Assembly (NCBI GenBank): GCA_963814375.1 | Contig: CAWFCQ010000007.1 | Coordinates: 192,001-256,000 of the forward strand | DNA from: an uncultured Chloroflexia bacterium | GTDB lineage: Bacteria; Chloroflexota; Limnocylindria; QHBO01 | Reading direction: 5' to 3' | Length of the DNA: 64,000 nucleotides | In this document: piece after piece, positions 33,133 to 44,218 of the stretch | Layout: each line of letters starts with the position of its first letter | How positions within the stretch are numbered: position 1 is the stretch's first letter | Program-made: the position numbers and the translations under genes | The notes under the pieces: model-generated | Seen by the model: the letters and a program-made list of their open reading frames with translations, nothing else | Database searches by the model: none | What the model was told of the DNA's origin: nothing

Positions 33133-33647
33133 CCATCTCGCTCAGCGTCGGCGACCAGCTGCCATCGGTCGGACTGCGCGCAACCGACGGGTACCTGCTG
33201 AACCTGCGCAGCTTCGTCACGAAGCAGCCCGCCCTCCTGCTCTTCTTCGGGGCGCCGACGCTGACCGGCACGGCCCGCCAGCGGGGACTCGATGCCGTCG
33301 GCGCGCTCGTCGACGGGCACGAACGGCTGCGCGAGGCAGGCATCGCGGTGGCCGGCATCAGCACCGACTCGGAGGAGCAGCAGGCGCAGTTCCTGGAGTC
33401 CGAGGAGCTGCCGTTCCTCCTGCTCAGCGACGAGCGACGATCCGCGGTCGAGGTCCTCGGCGTCGACACCGTCGCGAAGGGCGCCAACGTGAACGTGGCA
33501 CGCCCGATCGCCATCGCTGTGGATCGCGAGGGAACGGTGCGCGAGATCATCGATCCGGTCGAGCCACGGGCGCTCGTCGACCAGGCGGTCCGCGCGCTAT
33601 CGGAGCCGATCCCGGCCGTGACCGAGGACGCCTCGACCGGGTCCTGA
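33129..33647 (+). CDS. AhpC/TSA (BCP-like) redoxin-fold protein lacking cysteine
   Basis: LSVGD.LP, GISTDS, LPFLLLSD, VDREGTV; no Cys anywhere in the protein. Confidence 0.75.
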   Translation: MTISLSVGDQLPSVGLRATDGYLLNLRSFVTKQPALLLFFGAPTLTGTARQRGLDAVGALVDGHERLREAGIAVAGISTDSEEQQAQFLESEELPFLLLSDERRSAVEVLGVDTVAKGANVNVARPIAIAVDREGTVREIIDPVEPRALVDQAVRALSEPIPAVTEDASTGS

Positions 33648-33650
33648 TCC

Positions 33651-34689
33651 ATGCGCGCGGTGCGGCTGATCGCGCCGCGTGAGGCGCTCCAGGTCGTCGA
33701 CATCCCGTCGCCCGAGCCGCTCGGCACCGAGGTCCTCGTTCGCGTGGCCGCCTGCGGCGTGTGCCACACCGATCTCCACATCGTCGATGGCAGCCAGGCC
33801 CGCGTCGACCTTCCGCTCACCCTCGGCCACGAGGTCGGCCGGCTGGGTGGATGCCGTCGGCCCGGACGCGGACGCGCCGCTGCGCGAGGCTGGCATGGCC
33901 ATCGGCGACCCGGTGCTCGTGTACGGCGGCTGGGGCTGCGGCACCTGCGATGAATGTGCCGACGGCGACGAGCAGAGGTGCGCGGACGGCCGTTCGCCCG
34001 GGTTCCAGGCCGATGGCGGGTACGCCGAGCTCATGCTCGTCCCTCATCCTCGTCACCTGGTCGCGCTCGGGACGCTGGATCCCATCGAGGCCGCACCGCT
34101 CGCAGATGCCGGCCTCACCCCGTACCGGGCCGTTCGACGCGCTCGCCCGTGGCTGGTGGCGGGCGCGCGCGTGCTGGTCATCGGGGGCGGCGGCCTCGGC
34201 CAGTTCGCCGTCCAGTACCTGCGCATCGTGCCCGACGCCGGTCGGACGCTGGTGATTACCGTCAGCGAGCCCTCGCCCGTCAGGCAGGAGCGAGTGACCG
34301 AGCTCGCCGCTGACCACGTAATGCCGCGGCTAAACGGTCTCGAAGACCGCAGCCGGCTGGGCGGCGCCGCCGACGTGGTGCTCGACTTCGTCGGCAGCGA
34401 CGAGACACTGGCTCAGGCCGCCGCGGTCGTCGCGCCGGGCGGACTGATCATGCTGGTAGGGGAGGCCGGCGGTCGGCTCGCATTCGGCTTCGACCAGCCG
34501 GCGGTGGAGGCCTGGCTGACCACGACGGCGTGGGGATCGGTCGAAGAGCTCCGCGAGGTTGTCGACCTGGCGAGCCAGGGAGCCCTCCGCTGGAGCGTCG
34601 ACCGAACGGACCTGGCCGATGCCGCGGCGGCGCACGATCGGCTCCGAGCAGGCGACGTTGTCGGCCGGCTGGTGGTGATTCCCGGCTGA
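33651..34689 (+). CDS. Zinc-dependent alcohol dehydrogenase, frameshift near 33838
   Basis: CGVCHTDLH, LGHE, CGTCDEC..C, LADAGLTPY, IGGGGLG. Confidence 0.9.
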
Positions 34690-34690
34690 C

Positions 34691-35431
34691 TCAGCCCCCG
34701 AAGATGCGACCGAGCAGGCTCTTCGACTCGTGGCGGCGGACGAAGAAGGGCGCCGCCGTCGCGTTGTAGATCTCCAGCAGCGCCGGCGCGCGCAGGTCGG
34801 TGACAACGAGCAGGCGGCGGGAGCCGAGGTGCTCGGTGGCAACGGCATGCAGCCGGTTGCGGACCGCGTCGAAGTCGCCCAGCAACGCATCGGGCGTGAG
34901 CTGGATGCCCGCCGACCAGCCGCTGCCGGCACGCAGCAGCCAGGCACGATCCACCTGCTTGAGCTCCTCCAGCGCCGTCAGCAGCTCGCGGCCGAACGGG
35001 TCGGGGACCTGCTCCGGGGCCTCGAGCGGCGGGAGCTCGCCGAGCGGCCGTCGGGCACGCAGCGCGTCCGGACGATTCGGATCGATGCCGGCCGCCAGGA
35101 ACGGCAGGACTCCGACCGAAATCTCCACCTGGCCGGGGGCGCCCGGGTCCACGACGATCCTCTCCTTGGCCGCGTCGGCACGCTCGAACAGCTCGCGAGC
35201 CGGGACGCGGACGTGGTCGCTTCCAGGCGGTCCGAAGTCCCGCAGGACGTCCGGGGAGGTGAAGGCGGCGATGAAGCGCTCGCCGGCGTCGTCGGTCCCG
35301 TGCCGGTAGGCATCGATCGAGAGCCGGGTGGCGTCCGGCATCTCGCCCGACGACGACCGGATCGGAACGAGCAGATCGACATCGAGCAGGTCGTCGAGCC
35401 TTGGCGCGTCCCGCCCCGGCGACTCGGTCAT
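34691..35431 (-). CDS. SseB-family protein
   Basis: DLLVP, FIAAFTS, IVVDPG; C-terminal SseB_C-like region (V.RAWL...APFF.R..KSLLGRIFG). Confidence 0.65.
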   Translation of the reverse strand: MTESPGRDAPRLDDLLDVDLLVPIRSSSGEMPDATRLSIDAYRHGTDDAGERFIAAFTSPDVLRDFGPPGSDHVRVPARELFERADAAKERIVVDPGAPGQVEISVGVLPFLAAGIDPNRPDALRARRPLGELPPLEAPEQVPDPFGRELLTALEELKQVDRAWLLRAGSGWSAGIQLTPDALLGDFDAVRNRLHAVATEHLGSRRLLVVTDLRAPALLEIYNATAAPFFVRRHESKSLLGRIFGG

Positions 35432-36909
35432 GCCGCTTCCTCCGTCAGCTTGCCGATGGCGGCGTCGATGCGGGGAAGCGATCGCTCGCGACCTAGCAGC
35501 TCCAGCGAGGCGAAGAGGGGAGGTGACACCGTGCGACCCGTGACCGCCACCCGCAGAGGCGTGAAGAAGTCGCCGGCCTTCATGCCGGCCTCGTCGGCCG
35601 CGGCGCGGCAGATCTGCTCGAGGTGCTCGGCGTTGAAGTCGGGCTCTGCGACCCCGGCCAGGACCCGGCGGGCAGCGCTCAAGGCGGTTCGTGCCTCATC
35701 CGGACCTCCCTTCCGAGGATGGAGGAGCTCCGGCCCGTACCAGCTCGCGACCACCTCGTCCGGCTCCCACGCGAAGCCCACCAGCTCGGTGACGTCGCCG
35801 AGCCGGGTCAGGCGCTCCTTGACGATCGGGACCATGCGCAGCAGGTCGGCATCGGCGATCGCCTCGGGCACCCACGGCCGGAGGCGGAGGGCGAGCTGCT
35901 CATCGGTGAGAGAGCGGATGTAGACACCGTTGAGGTGGTCGAGCCGATCCCTGTCGAAGATGGCGCCGCCCTTGTGCACGCGCTCGACCTCGAATCGCTG
36001 CGCGAGCTCGTCGAGCGTGAAGATCTCCTCCTCCGTCCCCGGCGACCAGCCGAGGAAGGCCAGGAAGTTGACGAGCGCCTCCGGCAGGTAGCCCTGCTCG
36101 CGGTAGCTGGTGATCGCCATCTGGCTCTTGCGCTTGCTCATCTTCGATCGGTCGGCGTTGAGGATGAGCGGGATGTGCCCGAATCGCGGCTCGCGATAGC
36201 CAAGCGCCCGGATCAGGGCGATGTGCTTGGGCGTGTTCGACAGGTGGTCCTCGCCGCGGATCACCTCGGTGATCTCCATCGCCTCGTCGTCGACGACGAC
36301 CACGAAGTGATACAGCGGCACGCCGTCATTGCGGACGATCACGAAGTCGCCGAGCAGCGCGTTGTCGAACTCCACCTCGCCGCGGACGAGATCGTCGAAT
36401 CGGATCACATCGGGCTCGACCTTGAAGCGGATCACCGATCTTCGGCCCTCGGCCTCGAAGGCGGCACGCTCCGCATCGGTCAGGTTCAGGCAGCGCCGGT
36501 TGTAGCGCGGCGGCTCCTTGGCCGCCACCTGCTCCCGTCGTACCGCCTCCAGCTCCTCCGGGCTGCACCAGCACCGATACGCCGCACCCGCAGCGACCAG
36601 CCGATCCGCTTCCCGCGCGTAGAGCTCCATCCGTGCGCTCTGGCGATAGGGCCCAAACGGGCCGATCTCGTCCCCGCCGGCGACCTGCGGTCCCTCGTCC
36701 CAGCTGATGCCGAGCCAGTGGAGGTTGTCGATGATGTCGCGCTCGAACTCCTCGGTGGAGCGCGCCGAATCGGTGTCCTCGATGCGCAGGATGTAGGTCC
36801 CGCCACCATGACGAGCGGCGAGGTAGTTGTAGAGGCTCGTGCGCGCGGTCCCGATGTGAAGCGGGCCGGTGGGGCTGGGAGCCATGCGCACGCGCATCGG
36901 GCGATCCAT
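35428..36909 (-). CDS. gltX: Glutamate--tRNA ligase
   Basis: RMAPSPTGPLHIG, RIEDTD, RGEDH, KMSKR, anticodon-binding domain. Confidence 0.96.
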   Translation of the reverse strand: MDRPMRVRMAPSPTGPLHIGTARTSLYNYLAARHGGGTYILRIEDTDSARSTEEFERDIIDNLHWLGISWDEGPQVAGGDEIGPFGPYRQSARMELYAREADRLVAAGAAYRCWCSPEELEAVRREQVAAKEPPRYNRRCLNLTDAERAAFEAEGRRSVIRFKVEPDVIRFDDLVRGEVEFDNALLGDFVIVRNDGVPLYHFVVVVDDEAMEITEVIRGEDHLSNTPKHIALIRALGYREPRFGHIPLILNADRSKMSKRKSQMAITSYREQGYLPEALVNFLAFLGWSPGTEEEIFTLDELAQRFEVERVHKGGAIFDRDRLDHLNGVYIRSLTDEQLALRLRPWVPEAIADADLLRMVPIVKERLTRLGDVTELVGFAWEPDEVVASWYGPELLHPRKGGPDEARTALSAARRVLAGVAEPDFNAEHLEQICRAAADEAGMKAGDFFTPLRVAVTGRTVSPPLFASLELLGRERSLPRIDAAIGKLTEEAA

Positions 36910-37009
36910 GATCCGATGCTAGCAGCCGTCCCCGGCGGGCTGGCGGTCGGCCGCTATGCAGCCCGCCGGCGCACCGATACGATCGCGACTCCACAGTATG
37001 GAGGCGATC

Positions 37010-37406
37010 ATGAGCACGGATTGAGCGCGCAGGATCAGACCGACGAGGCAACTGGCGTTCTGTCGACAATGGAGGAAGATTGAGAAAGGTCCGTCCGCAC
37101 AAGCGACAGATGGACAGCGCCGGCACGGGTCCGAAGGCCATCCACGATGCTCTACGAGCCGATTGCTTGAGATGTACAACGACGGCGATCTCCACGCGAC
37201 GCGCCGGGACGAAGGTCACGAGCCACCATCATCAATCACGAGCTCGGGCTCCGGAAGAAGATCATCCGAATTACGGATCGACCTGCGACGGCGATGGGAA
37301 CATCGAACTCGACGTTCGACCAAGCAGCCCCGCCGACGATGGTCCGGAAGCGATCGGCTACAGGCTGAAGGGCGTGACGACTGAGAACCTCCGATCGTGG
37401 GTCTAG
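37010..37406 (+). pseudogene. Small unknown-family gene, copy 1, with several frame breaks
   Basis: TACGAT and GGAGG precede ATG 37010. Fragments GNWRSVD, IHDA, KVT/ATIINHELGLRKKIIRIT are homologous to the next gene. Confidence 0.55.
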
Positions 37407-37461
37407 GCACCGGCAGTCGCGCAGGCATATGATCCGAGGCCCTGCACCCTGCGGAGGCGAC

Positions 37462-37876
37462 ATGTACGACGACCAGGATGAGGAGGGGACATACGACGGA
37501 GGCAGGCCCTACGACCCGCCTTCGGTCTTCAAGCCGTATCCGGATGAGCCGGGCGGGTTCAACCAGTGGAGGCCGGTCGAGAGCCTCTTCCCGGAGGGAG
37601 ACGACGAGAGCCCTCCCGCGTGTGTATGCGGCGAAGTTCAAGAGCAGCTCGCGCCAGGCGGAGATCTTCATCCACGATCCGATCTCGGCCCTCGTGGGCG
37701 ACGACGAGAGCATCACGGGGATTCCCGGCATGGGCCGCGACGATCTCCCGGCCCACGTGACCACCTTCGTGATCAATCACGACGCGACGCTGGCGAAGAA
37801 GATCATCCGCGTGGCCGCGACCGTTGGCCCTGACTCGGTGGGCATCACGGTTCACAAGGAGGGTGAGGGCTCATAG
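37462..37876 (+). CDS. Small unknown-family gene, copy 2, one frameshift near 37612
   Basis: TATGAT and GGAGG precede ATG 37462. MYDDQDEE...NQWRPVE...IHDP...HVTTFVINHDATLAKKIIRV. Confidence 0.65.
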
Positions 37877-37893
37877 GGGCCGCCTCCCGGTCC

Positions 37894-40800
37894 ATGCCCT
37901 GCGAGTCGTGCGGCTTCGTTAACGATGAGGCCGCGCGCTTCTGCGGGAGCTGCGGCTCTCCGCTGAGCGCCACCTGCGCGAACTGCCAGGCCCCGCTCAC
38001 GGCAGGGCTCCGCTTCTGCACCTCCTGCGGCGAGCCGGCCTCACCCGCCGCAGAGACCGATGCGGTGGCGGAGCCGAGTCCGGCCGAGCGACGCCGAATC
38101 TCGGTCCTGTTCGTGGACCTCGAGAATTTCACGTCGCTGGCCGAGACCCTCGATCCCGAGGAGGTGCGCGGCGTCCAGTCGCGCTACTTCGAGGTGGCCC
38201 GATCCATCGTGGCGAGCCACGGCGGGACGATCGAGAAGTTCATCGGTGATGCCGTCATGGCGGTGTGGGGAGCCCCGCTCGCCCACGAGGACGACCCGGA
38301 GCGGGCGGTGCGCGCCGCGATGGCCATCGTGGACGGGGTTGGACGCCTCGGAGGCGCAGCCTCCGGAGCGAACCTCGCGGCTCGAGCAGCCGTCACGACC
38401 GGCGAGGCGGCGGTCACGCTCGGCGCCGACGGGCAGGGCATGGTTGCCGGCGACCTGGTCAACGTCGCCGCACGGCTTCAGGGTGAGGCGGAGCCCGGCG
38501 GGGTGCTGGTCGATTCGGCGACTCGCGAGCTCGCCCCGCAGGCGGCCGATTACGAGGCTGCCGGCACGATCACCCTCAAGGGCCGCTCAGCGTCGCTGGT
38601 CGCGCATCGTGCGTCCCCGCGAGCGGCCGGGATCGGGCGGGAGGGCGGTGCGCACGCCGGCGCCTTCGTCGGTCGTGAGCGAGAGCTGCGCGAGCTCGTC
38701 GGTCTCTTCGACAGCGTCGCCGCGGATCGCCTCAGCAGGCTGGTGTCGATCACCGGAATCGCGGGGATCGGGAAGAGCCGGTTGGCGTGGGAGTTCGGCG
38801 AGCACATCGACGCCATGAGCGAGGTCGTGGCCTGGCACGCCGGCCGGGCGCCGGCCTACGGCGAGGGGATCACCTTCGCGGCGGTGGCCGAGATGGTGAG
38901 GCGACGCATCCGCGTCTCCGACGACGCGAGCCCGACGATCGCCCGGCGACAGCTCTCCGCCGCGCTGGACGAGATCGTCCGCGACGAGGGCGAGCGGCGC
39001 TGGATGGAACCTCGGATCGCCACCCTCCTCGGTGGAGACACAGGGCCTCCCTTCGAGCGGGACGAGCTCTTCGCCGCTTGGCGCCGCTTCTTCGAACGCG
39101 TGGCCGATCGGTCACCGGTCGTGCTCGTATTCGAGGATCTCCAATGGGCCGAGCCGGCACTGCTCGACTTCGTTGAGCACCTCGCAACGTGGACTCGCGA
39201 GCATCCCGTCCTGGTGATCGCCCTGGCTCGTCCGGAGCTCATGGACCAACGCCCGGCGTGGGGCGCCAGTGCCGCCCGATTTACGGCGATCCACCTCGAG
39301 CGGCTGCCCGAGGCGGCGATGCGCGAGCTGCTCCTTGAGCGGGCATCAGACCTCCCGCCCTCCCTGACCCGGACCATCCTCGAGCGTGCCGGTGGGGTCC
39401 CGCTGTACGCGGTGGAAGTCGCGCGCATCCTCGCCGATCGAGCGACGCCTGCCGGCGACGACGCTCATGTCGCGGGCGCCGCGGATGCGGTCGAGGTTCC
39501 CGACTCTCTCCACGGTGTGATCGCGGCGCGGATCGACGCCCTATCGGCCGCCCGAGCGGCGCCTGCTGCTCTCCGCCGCGGTCCTCGGTCGGCGCTTCCG
39601 CCCCGAGGCCCTCGTCGCCGTCGCCGGCGGCGACCCCGCAGCGGTGCGCGAGATCACCGATGCCCTGATTCGACGCGAGCTGTTCACCATCGACGAGGAC
39701 CTGATCTCGCCGGGGGTCGGCCAGCTCACCTTCGTGCAGGATCTCGTCCGCGAGGTCGCCTACAGCACCCTGGCCCGCGGGGCGCGACGGAGCCTCCACC
39801 TCGCCGCCGCTCGGTATCTCGAGTCGCGAACCGAGGACGATGTCGCCGAGGCCCTGGCGGCGCATCTGACCGAGGCGCACCGCCTCGCGCCGGAGCATCC
39901 CGACGCCGTCCGCATCGCCCGCCGGGCCGTGGCTGCGCTACGGCGCGCTGCGCGCGAGAGCCTCCGCCTCCATCTTTCTGAACGGGCTTCCGCACACCTG
40001 AGGGAGGCCCTCCGCCTCGTCGACACGGACGAGCAGAGATCGGCACTGCTCGAGGAGGCGGCCGCTGCGGCGCGAGCCGCTGCCCACCTGGACGTCGCCG
40101 AGGACGACCTGCGCGCACTGGTCGATTTGCGCGCCGGCTCGGGTGACCGCGCGGGGGCGGTTCGTGCAAGAGCGCAGCTCGCGAGCGTGCTGTTGATGGC
40201 TCAGCGCAACGAGCCAGCGCTCGTCGAGCTCGAGTCCGCTGCGGCGGCCCTTGGCCGCCTCGGGGACGACCCCGCCGGCGTCGAGGTCACGGCTCAGCTC
40301 GCCCGCGCCAGGACGCTCGTCGGCGACGATCGCGCGGGGCTGGAGTGGGCTGAGCGCGGCCTTCGTGCTGCCGAGAAGCTCGGTCTCGAGGCAGTCGGCA
40401 CTGATCTCCTCGTCACTCGCGGGACGGCACGCATCCGGTTGGGCGACGTCGAGGAAGGGCTTGCCGATCTGCGCCGGGCGATCACAGACGCCGAGGCTGG
40501 CGGATTCCTCGGCATCGAGCTTCGAGCGCGGAACAATCTCGCCTGGCTGGTCGTGGCCGACGACCCACGCACGACGCTCGAGACCGCCCGAGAGGGGTTC
40601 AGCCTGGCAACGACGATGGGCATTGGGGACCTCGCGGCGCAGCTCGCCGAAGTGGCCTGCACCGGCGCGCTCGACACCGGCGAATGGGGATGGGCGCTCG
40701 AGACGATCGACGAGCTGGTCCAGGGTCCGATGCCGGAGGCGAACCGCATCAACCTGCTCGTGATCGGCGCCGTGATCGGCGCACTGACCGGCCGTGCGGA

Positions 40801-41455
40801 GCCGATCCGCGCCTTCGAGGCTATTCAGCCGCTCCCCGAGGACACGGACAGCCAGATCGTGTCAGGGGTGATTCACGCACGTGCCTGGCGCGCATTCGTC
40901 GACGGCGACTTCGAGGCCGCGCAACGGCTCGCGCTGGAGGCCGCGGCCGCGAGCCTCGGCGCCGAGCAGGGTCAGCAGCTGACGCTCGCGGCGCGCGCCG
41001 GGCTCTGGCTCGGCGATCGCGCCGGAGCCGCCGAGGCGGTCGAGCGACTGGATTCGCTCCGCCTCGCCGGCCGCGCATTCGACGCGACAGAGCAGACGCT
41101 GCTGGCGGGCATCGCGGCGACGGACGGTGACCCCGGGGCGCCCAAAGCGTTCCGACAGGCGGCGGAGGGTTGGCGCACCCTCGACCTGCCGATCCACCTC
41201 GCGCTCTGCCTGCTCGACGCCTCCCGACTTCTTGGACCGGAGGTGGCGCCGCCCGATGAAGCGATCGCGCTCCTCGACGATCTGGGCGCCGACGGCCTCC
41301 GTCGCATGGCGGAAGGGGCGGCGGGCGGGATCAGCCGCGGAGAAGCTCCTCCACGACCGGCGCGATCGCGTCGACCCAGCGCCGATACTGCTCGCCCGAA
41401 GGGTGCAGGCCGTCATCGGCGACCAGCGTCGGATCGTCCTGCGCCTCCCGGCTGA
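37894..41455 (+). CDS. STAND-type adenylate cyclase: double zinc ribbon, class III cyclase, AAA ATPase, TPR-like region; frameshift near 39548
   Basis: Four CxxC pairs, LFVDLENFT, EKFIGDAV, VNVAARL, GIAGIGKS, VFEDLQWA, GGVPLY, helical C-terminus. Confidence 0.9.
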
Positions 41456-42024
41456 TCGCGAACGTCTCGGGCACGAACGGGATTCCCCGTGCCTCGCACG
41501 CCTCTCGGAAGATCGCATTGAACTCCGCGATCCGCGCGCTCTGCCGGTCCGGGTCGCCGTACGCCGCTCCCTGCGGCGTGACGGTGTAGTCCGGCGTGGC
41601 GATGCAGATGATCCGGTCGGGTGGCAGCCGCCCGAGGAGCTCCTCGAGGATGATCACGACGTTGCCCGCGTACCGCGCGTCCTCGACGCCCTGGACGACG
41701 TCGTTGACGCCGATAAGGACCGTCACGAGCTCGGCGGCGAGGCCGTCGAGGGCCGGGAGCTCCTCCTCGATGAGGTTCGTCGGATGTGTAGCCGTTGACC
41801 GCCGGATTGCCGACGAGCTCGAGGCCGGGAATGCGCGCCGCGAGCTGATTCGGCCAACGCTCATCCTCGGAGACCGATGTGCCGATGGTGTACGAGTCAC
41901 CCAGCGCGACGAAGCGCACCGTCACCTCCTGATCAAGCGCCGATGACGTCGTTGCCGCGGGGCTCGCGCAGGCGGCAAGTCCGATCGCGGTGATGGCCCA
42001 GAGGGCGGCGCGGCGCCGTCGCAT
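41331..42024 (-). CDS. SGNH/GDSL hydrolase lipoprotein, frameshift near 41782
   Basis: Lipobox LAAC, ALGDSYT, LIGVND, DGLHPS. Confidence 0.88.
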
Positions 42025-42045
42025 CGCGATGGGTACCCTACACGC

Positions 42046-43080
42046 ATGGGACGTGCCCGCCGCGCCGCCATGGCTCTCGCGACCACGCTCGTCGCCACCG
42101 CGTGCGCGGCACCATCCCCGACCGAGACATCGGGCGGCTCAGCCTCGCCGGAAGCAAGCGTGACGGAGCCCCGATCGCAGGGAGCGAGCCCGGCCGGCAG
42201 CGTCGGCGGCGAGACCGCTGCCTGGGAGCGGATCGCCGATGCCCCGTTCGCCCGCCTCGAGATGGCGACGGCCGCACATGGCGGCAGGATCTGGCTGGCC
42301 GGGGGCCTCTCCCCACTCGGCGAGGCGCTGACCGACGTCGAGGTCCTCGATCCGGCGACCGGCGAGTGGAGTGACGGTCCGTCACTGCCATCGGGCGTTC
42401 ACCACGCCGCACTCGTGTCAGATGGGTCTCGGCTCCTCCTCATCGGCGGCTACCTCGGCTCGTCCTTCAGCCTCCCGACCGAGATCGTGCTCGTCCTGGC
42501 CGACGGTGACGACACGTGGCGTGAAGGTCCACCGCTGCCCGACCAACGCGCCGCGGGCGCGGCCGCGTTTGACGGCGATCGCGTCGTGTACGGCGGCGGC
42601 GTCGGGGTGGGCGGCGTGGCTGGCGACATCTACGCCCTCGATGGGGACGCCTGGGATCGCATCGGCGGCATGCGGGTGGCTCGCGAGCACCTGGCCGCCA
42701 CCAGCGACGAAGCTGGCCGTACCTGGCTGCTGGGCGGCCGGGTCGGCGGCCTGGAGGGCAACCTCGCCACGGTCGAGCTGGTGGAGGGCGACTCCATCAC
42801 CGAGCTCGAGAGCCTGCCGACCCCTCGCGGTGGCGTGGCGGCCTTCTACGACGCCGATCTCGGCGCATGCCTGACCGGCGGCGAGGCACCGGATCGCGCC
42901 TACACCACGGTCGAGTGCATCGGCGCGGGTGGCGCTCCGACGACGCTTGCGGAGCTCAACGAGCCGCACCACGGCCACGGTGCCGCCGTGGTCGACGGCG
43001 TGGCCTACGTCCTCCTCGGCGGTCCGCAGCCGACCCTCAGCGCCGGTCCTGTCATCGAGACGCTGGACCTCGGCTCCTGA
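42046..43080 (+). CDS. Kelch-repeat lipoprotein
   Basis: Lipobox ATAC, repeated GG dipeptides with downstream W and LP.PR/H motifs. Confidence 0.85.
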   Translation: MGRARRAAMALATTLVATACAAPSPTETSGGSASPEASVTEPRSQGASPAGSVGGETAAWERIADAPFARLEMATAAHGGRIWLAGGLSPLGEALTDVEVLDPATGEWSDGPSLPSGVHHAALVSDGSRLLLIGGYLGSSFSLPTEIVLVLADGDDTWREGPPLPDQRAAGAAAFDGDRVVYGGGVGVGGVAGDIYALDGDAWDRIGGMRVAREHLAATSDEAGRTWLLGGRVGGLEGNLATVELVEGDSITELESLPTPRGGVAAFYDADLGACLTGGEAPDRAYTTVECIGAGGAPTTLAELNEPHHGHGAAVVDGVAYVLLGGPQPTLSAGPVIETLDLGS

Positions 43081-43090
43081 GAGCGACCAG

Positions 43091-44191
43091 CTAGGACGCC
43101 CGCGCCAGCCTGAGCGTCGATCGCACCGTGCCGGAGCTGGCCCCACGTGGATCGACGATGGGCGGGGAGGCGTACTCGGCCAGCGCCACGGGCAGCGGAT
43201 CCCCCGCCAGCCCCAGCTGCCGGATGATGGCGATGGCGGTCACGTCGCCCGCCCGGCGCGCCAGGTTGCCGTCCTCGATCTTGGCCGCGATTCCCATCGG
43301 CCCGGCGCCGAACGGGCCGGGAGGCTTGACCGCTCCAGGCGGCAGCGCCAGCGCCAGGACGCCCTCGGCCCCTCCCTTGCTCACGATGCGCTTCGGAAAC
43401 GCTCTCATCAGGGCCGTGTCGATGCGACGACGCTCGCCGGCCACCAGCTCCGGATGCTCCATCATCGCGTCACGGATCCGAGTCAGCGCCGAGCGGAGGG
43501 GAGGGTCGGCCACCGCCGACGGATCGGCCAGCCGCGCGAAGGCGGTGGCCAGGCCGCGAAGCGGCATGCCGAAGGTCACGACCCCGCAACCATCCACGGC
43601 GGTGGCGACCTCCTCGATCGGGACGTCGGACAGCGCCGAGACGGTCTCGAGCGCGAGTCGCTGCACCGGGTGGTCGGGGTCCCAGTACGTATCGATCGGC
43701 CAGCCGGAGGCCTTCGCGAACAGCACCATCCCGGCGTGCTTGCCCGAGCAGTTGCCCCGAAGGGCGTTCGGCTTCTCGCCGTCGCGCAGCAGCCGCTGGG
43801 CCGTCTCCGCGTCGTAGGGCGCGTGGACCTGGTTCTGGAGGACCGCGCTCGTCAGGCCGGCGCCGCGCAGGATCTCCTGGACGAGGCGCACATGCCGATC
43901 CTCCCCGTTGTGGCTGGCCGACATGATCGCCAGCGCATCGGTGCCGAGCCGATACTCGTCGAAGCGTCCGGAGGCCACGAACGGTGCGAGCTGAAAGGGC
44001 TTCGCGCTGGATCGGATGAAGATGAACTGGTCGGGGTCACCGACCGACGCCATCAGTTCGCCATCGGCCGCGACCACGGCCACCGATCCACGATGGACGG
44101 ACTCGACGCGTTCGCCCCGCGTGACCTCGACGAGGATCGGTGGCGCGGACGCTGGGCGACGCGAGGAACGGGCCGGTCGGGCGTCGGCCAC
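43091..44191 (-). CDS. Class 3 (Rhizobium etli AnsA-type) L-asparaginase
   Basis: RG.RVES.H.G, RSSAKPFQ, ASH.GE, NCSGKH, DGCG, SKGGAEG, KIEDG. Confidence 0.88.
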   Translation of the reverse strand: MADARPARSSRRPASAPPILVEVTRGERVESVHRGSVAVVAADGELMASVGDPDQFIFIRSSAKPFQLAPFVASGRFDEYRLGTDALAIMSASHNGEDRHVRLVQEILRGAGLTSAVLQNQVHAPYDAETAQRLLRDGEKPNALRGNCSGKHAGMVLFAKASGWPIDTYWDPDHPVQRLALETVSALSDVPIEEVATAVDGCGVVTFGMPLRGLATAFARLADPSAVADPPLRSALTRIRDAMMEHPELVAGERRRIDTALMRAFPKRIVSKGGAEGVLALALPPGAVKPPGPFGAGPMGIAAKIEDGNLARRAGDVTAIAIIRQLGLAGDPLPVALAEYASPPIVDPRGASSGTVRSTLRLARAS

Positions 44192-44218
44192 CGAATGAGG
44201 TCTGAGGTCGGACCTGGC

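Noticed and set aside
41331-41455. 125-nt convergent overlap of the STAND cyclase and SGNH genes as a functional feature
   Set aside because: The STAND tail is low-complexity antisense run-on, common in GC-rich genomes and possibly an indel effect.
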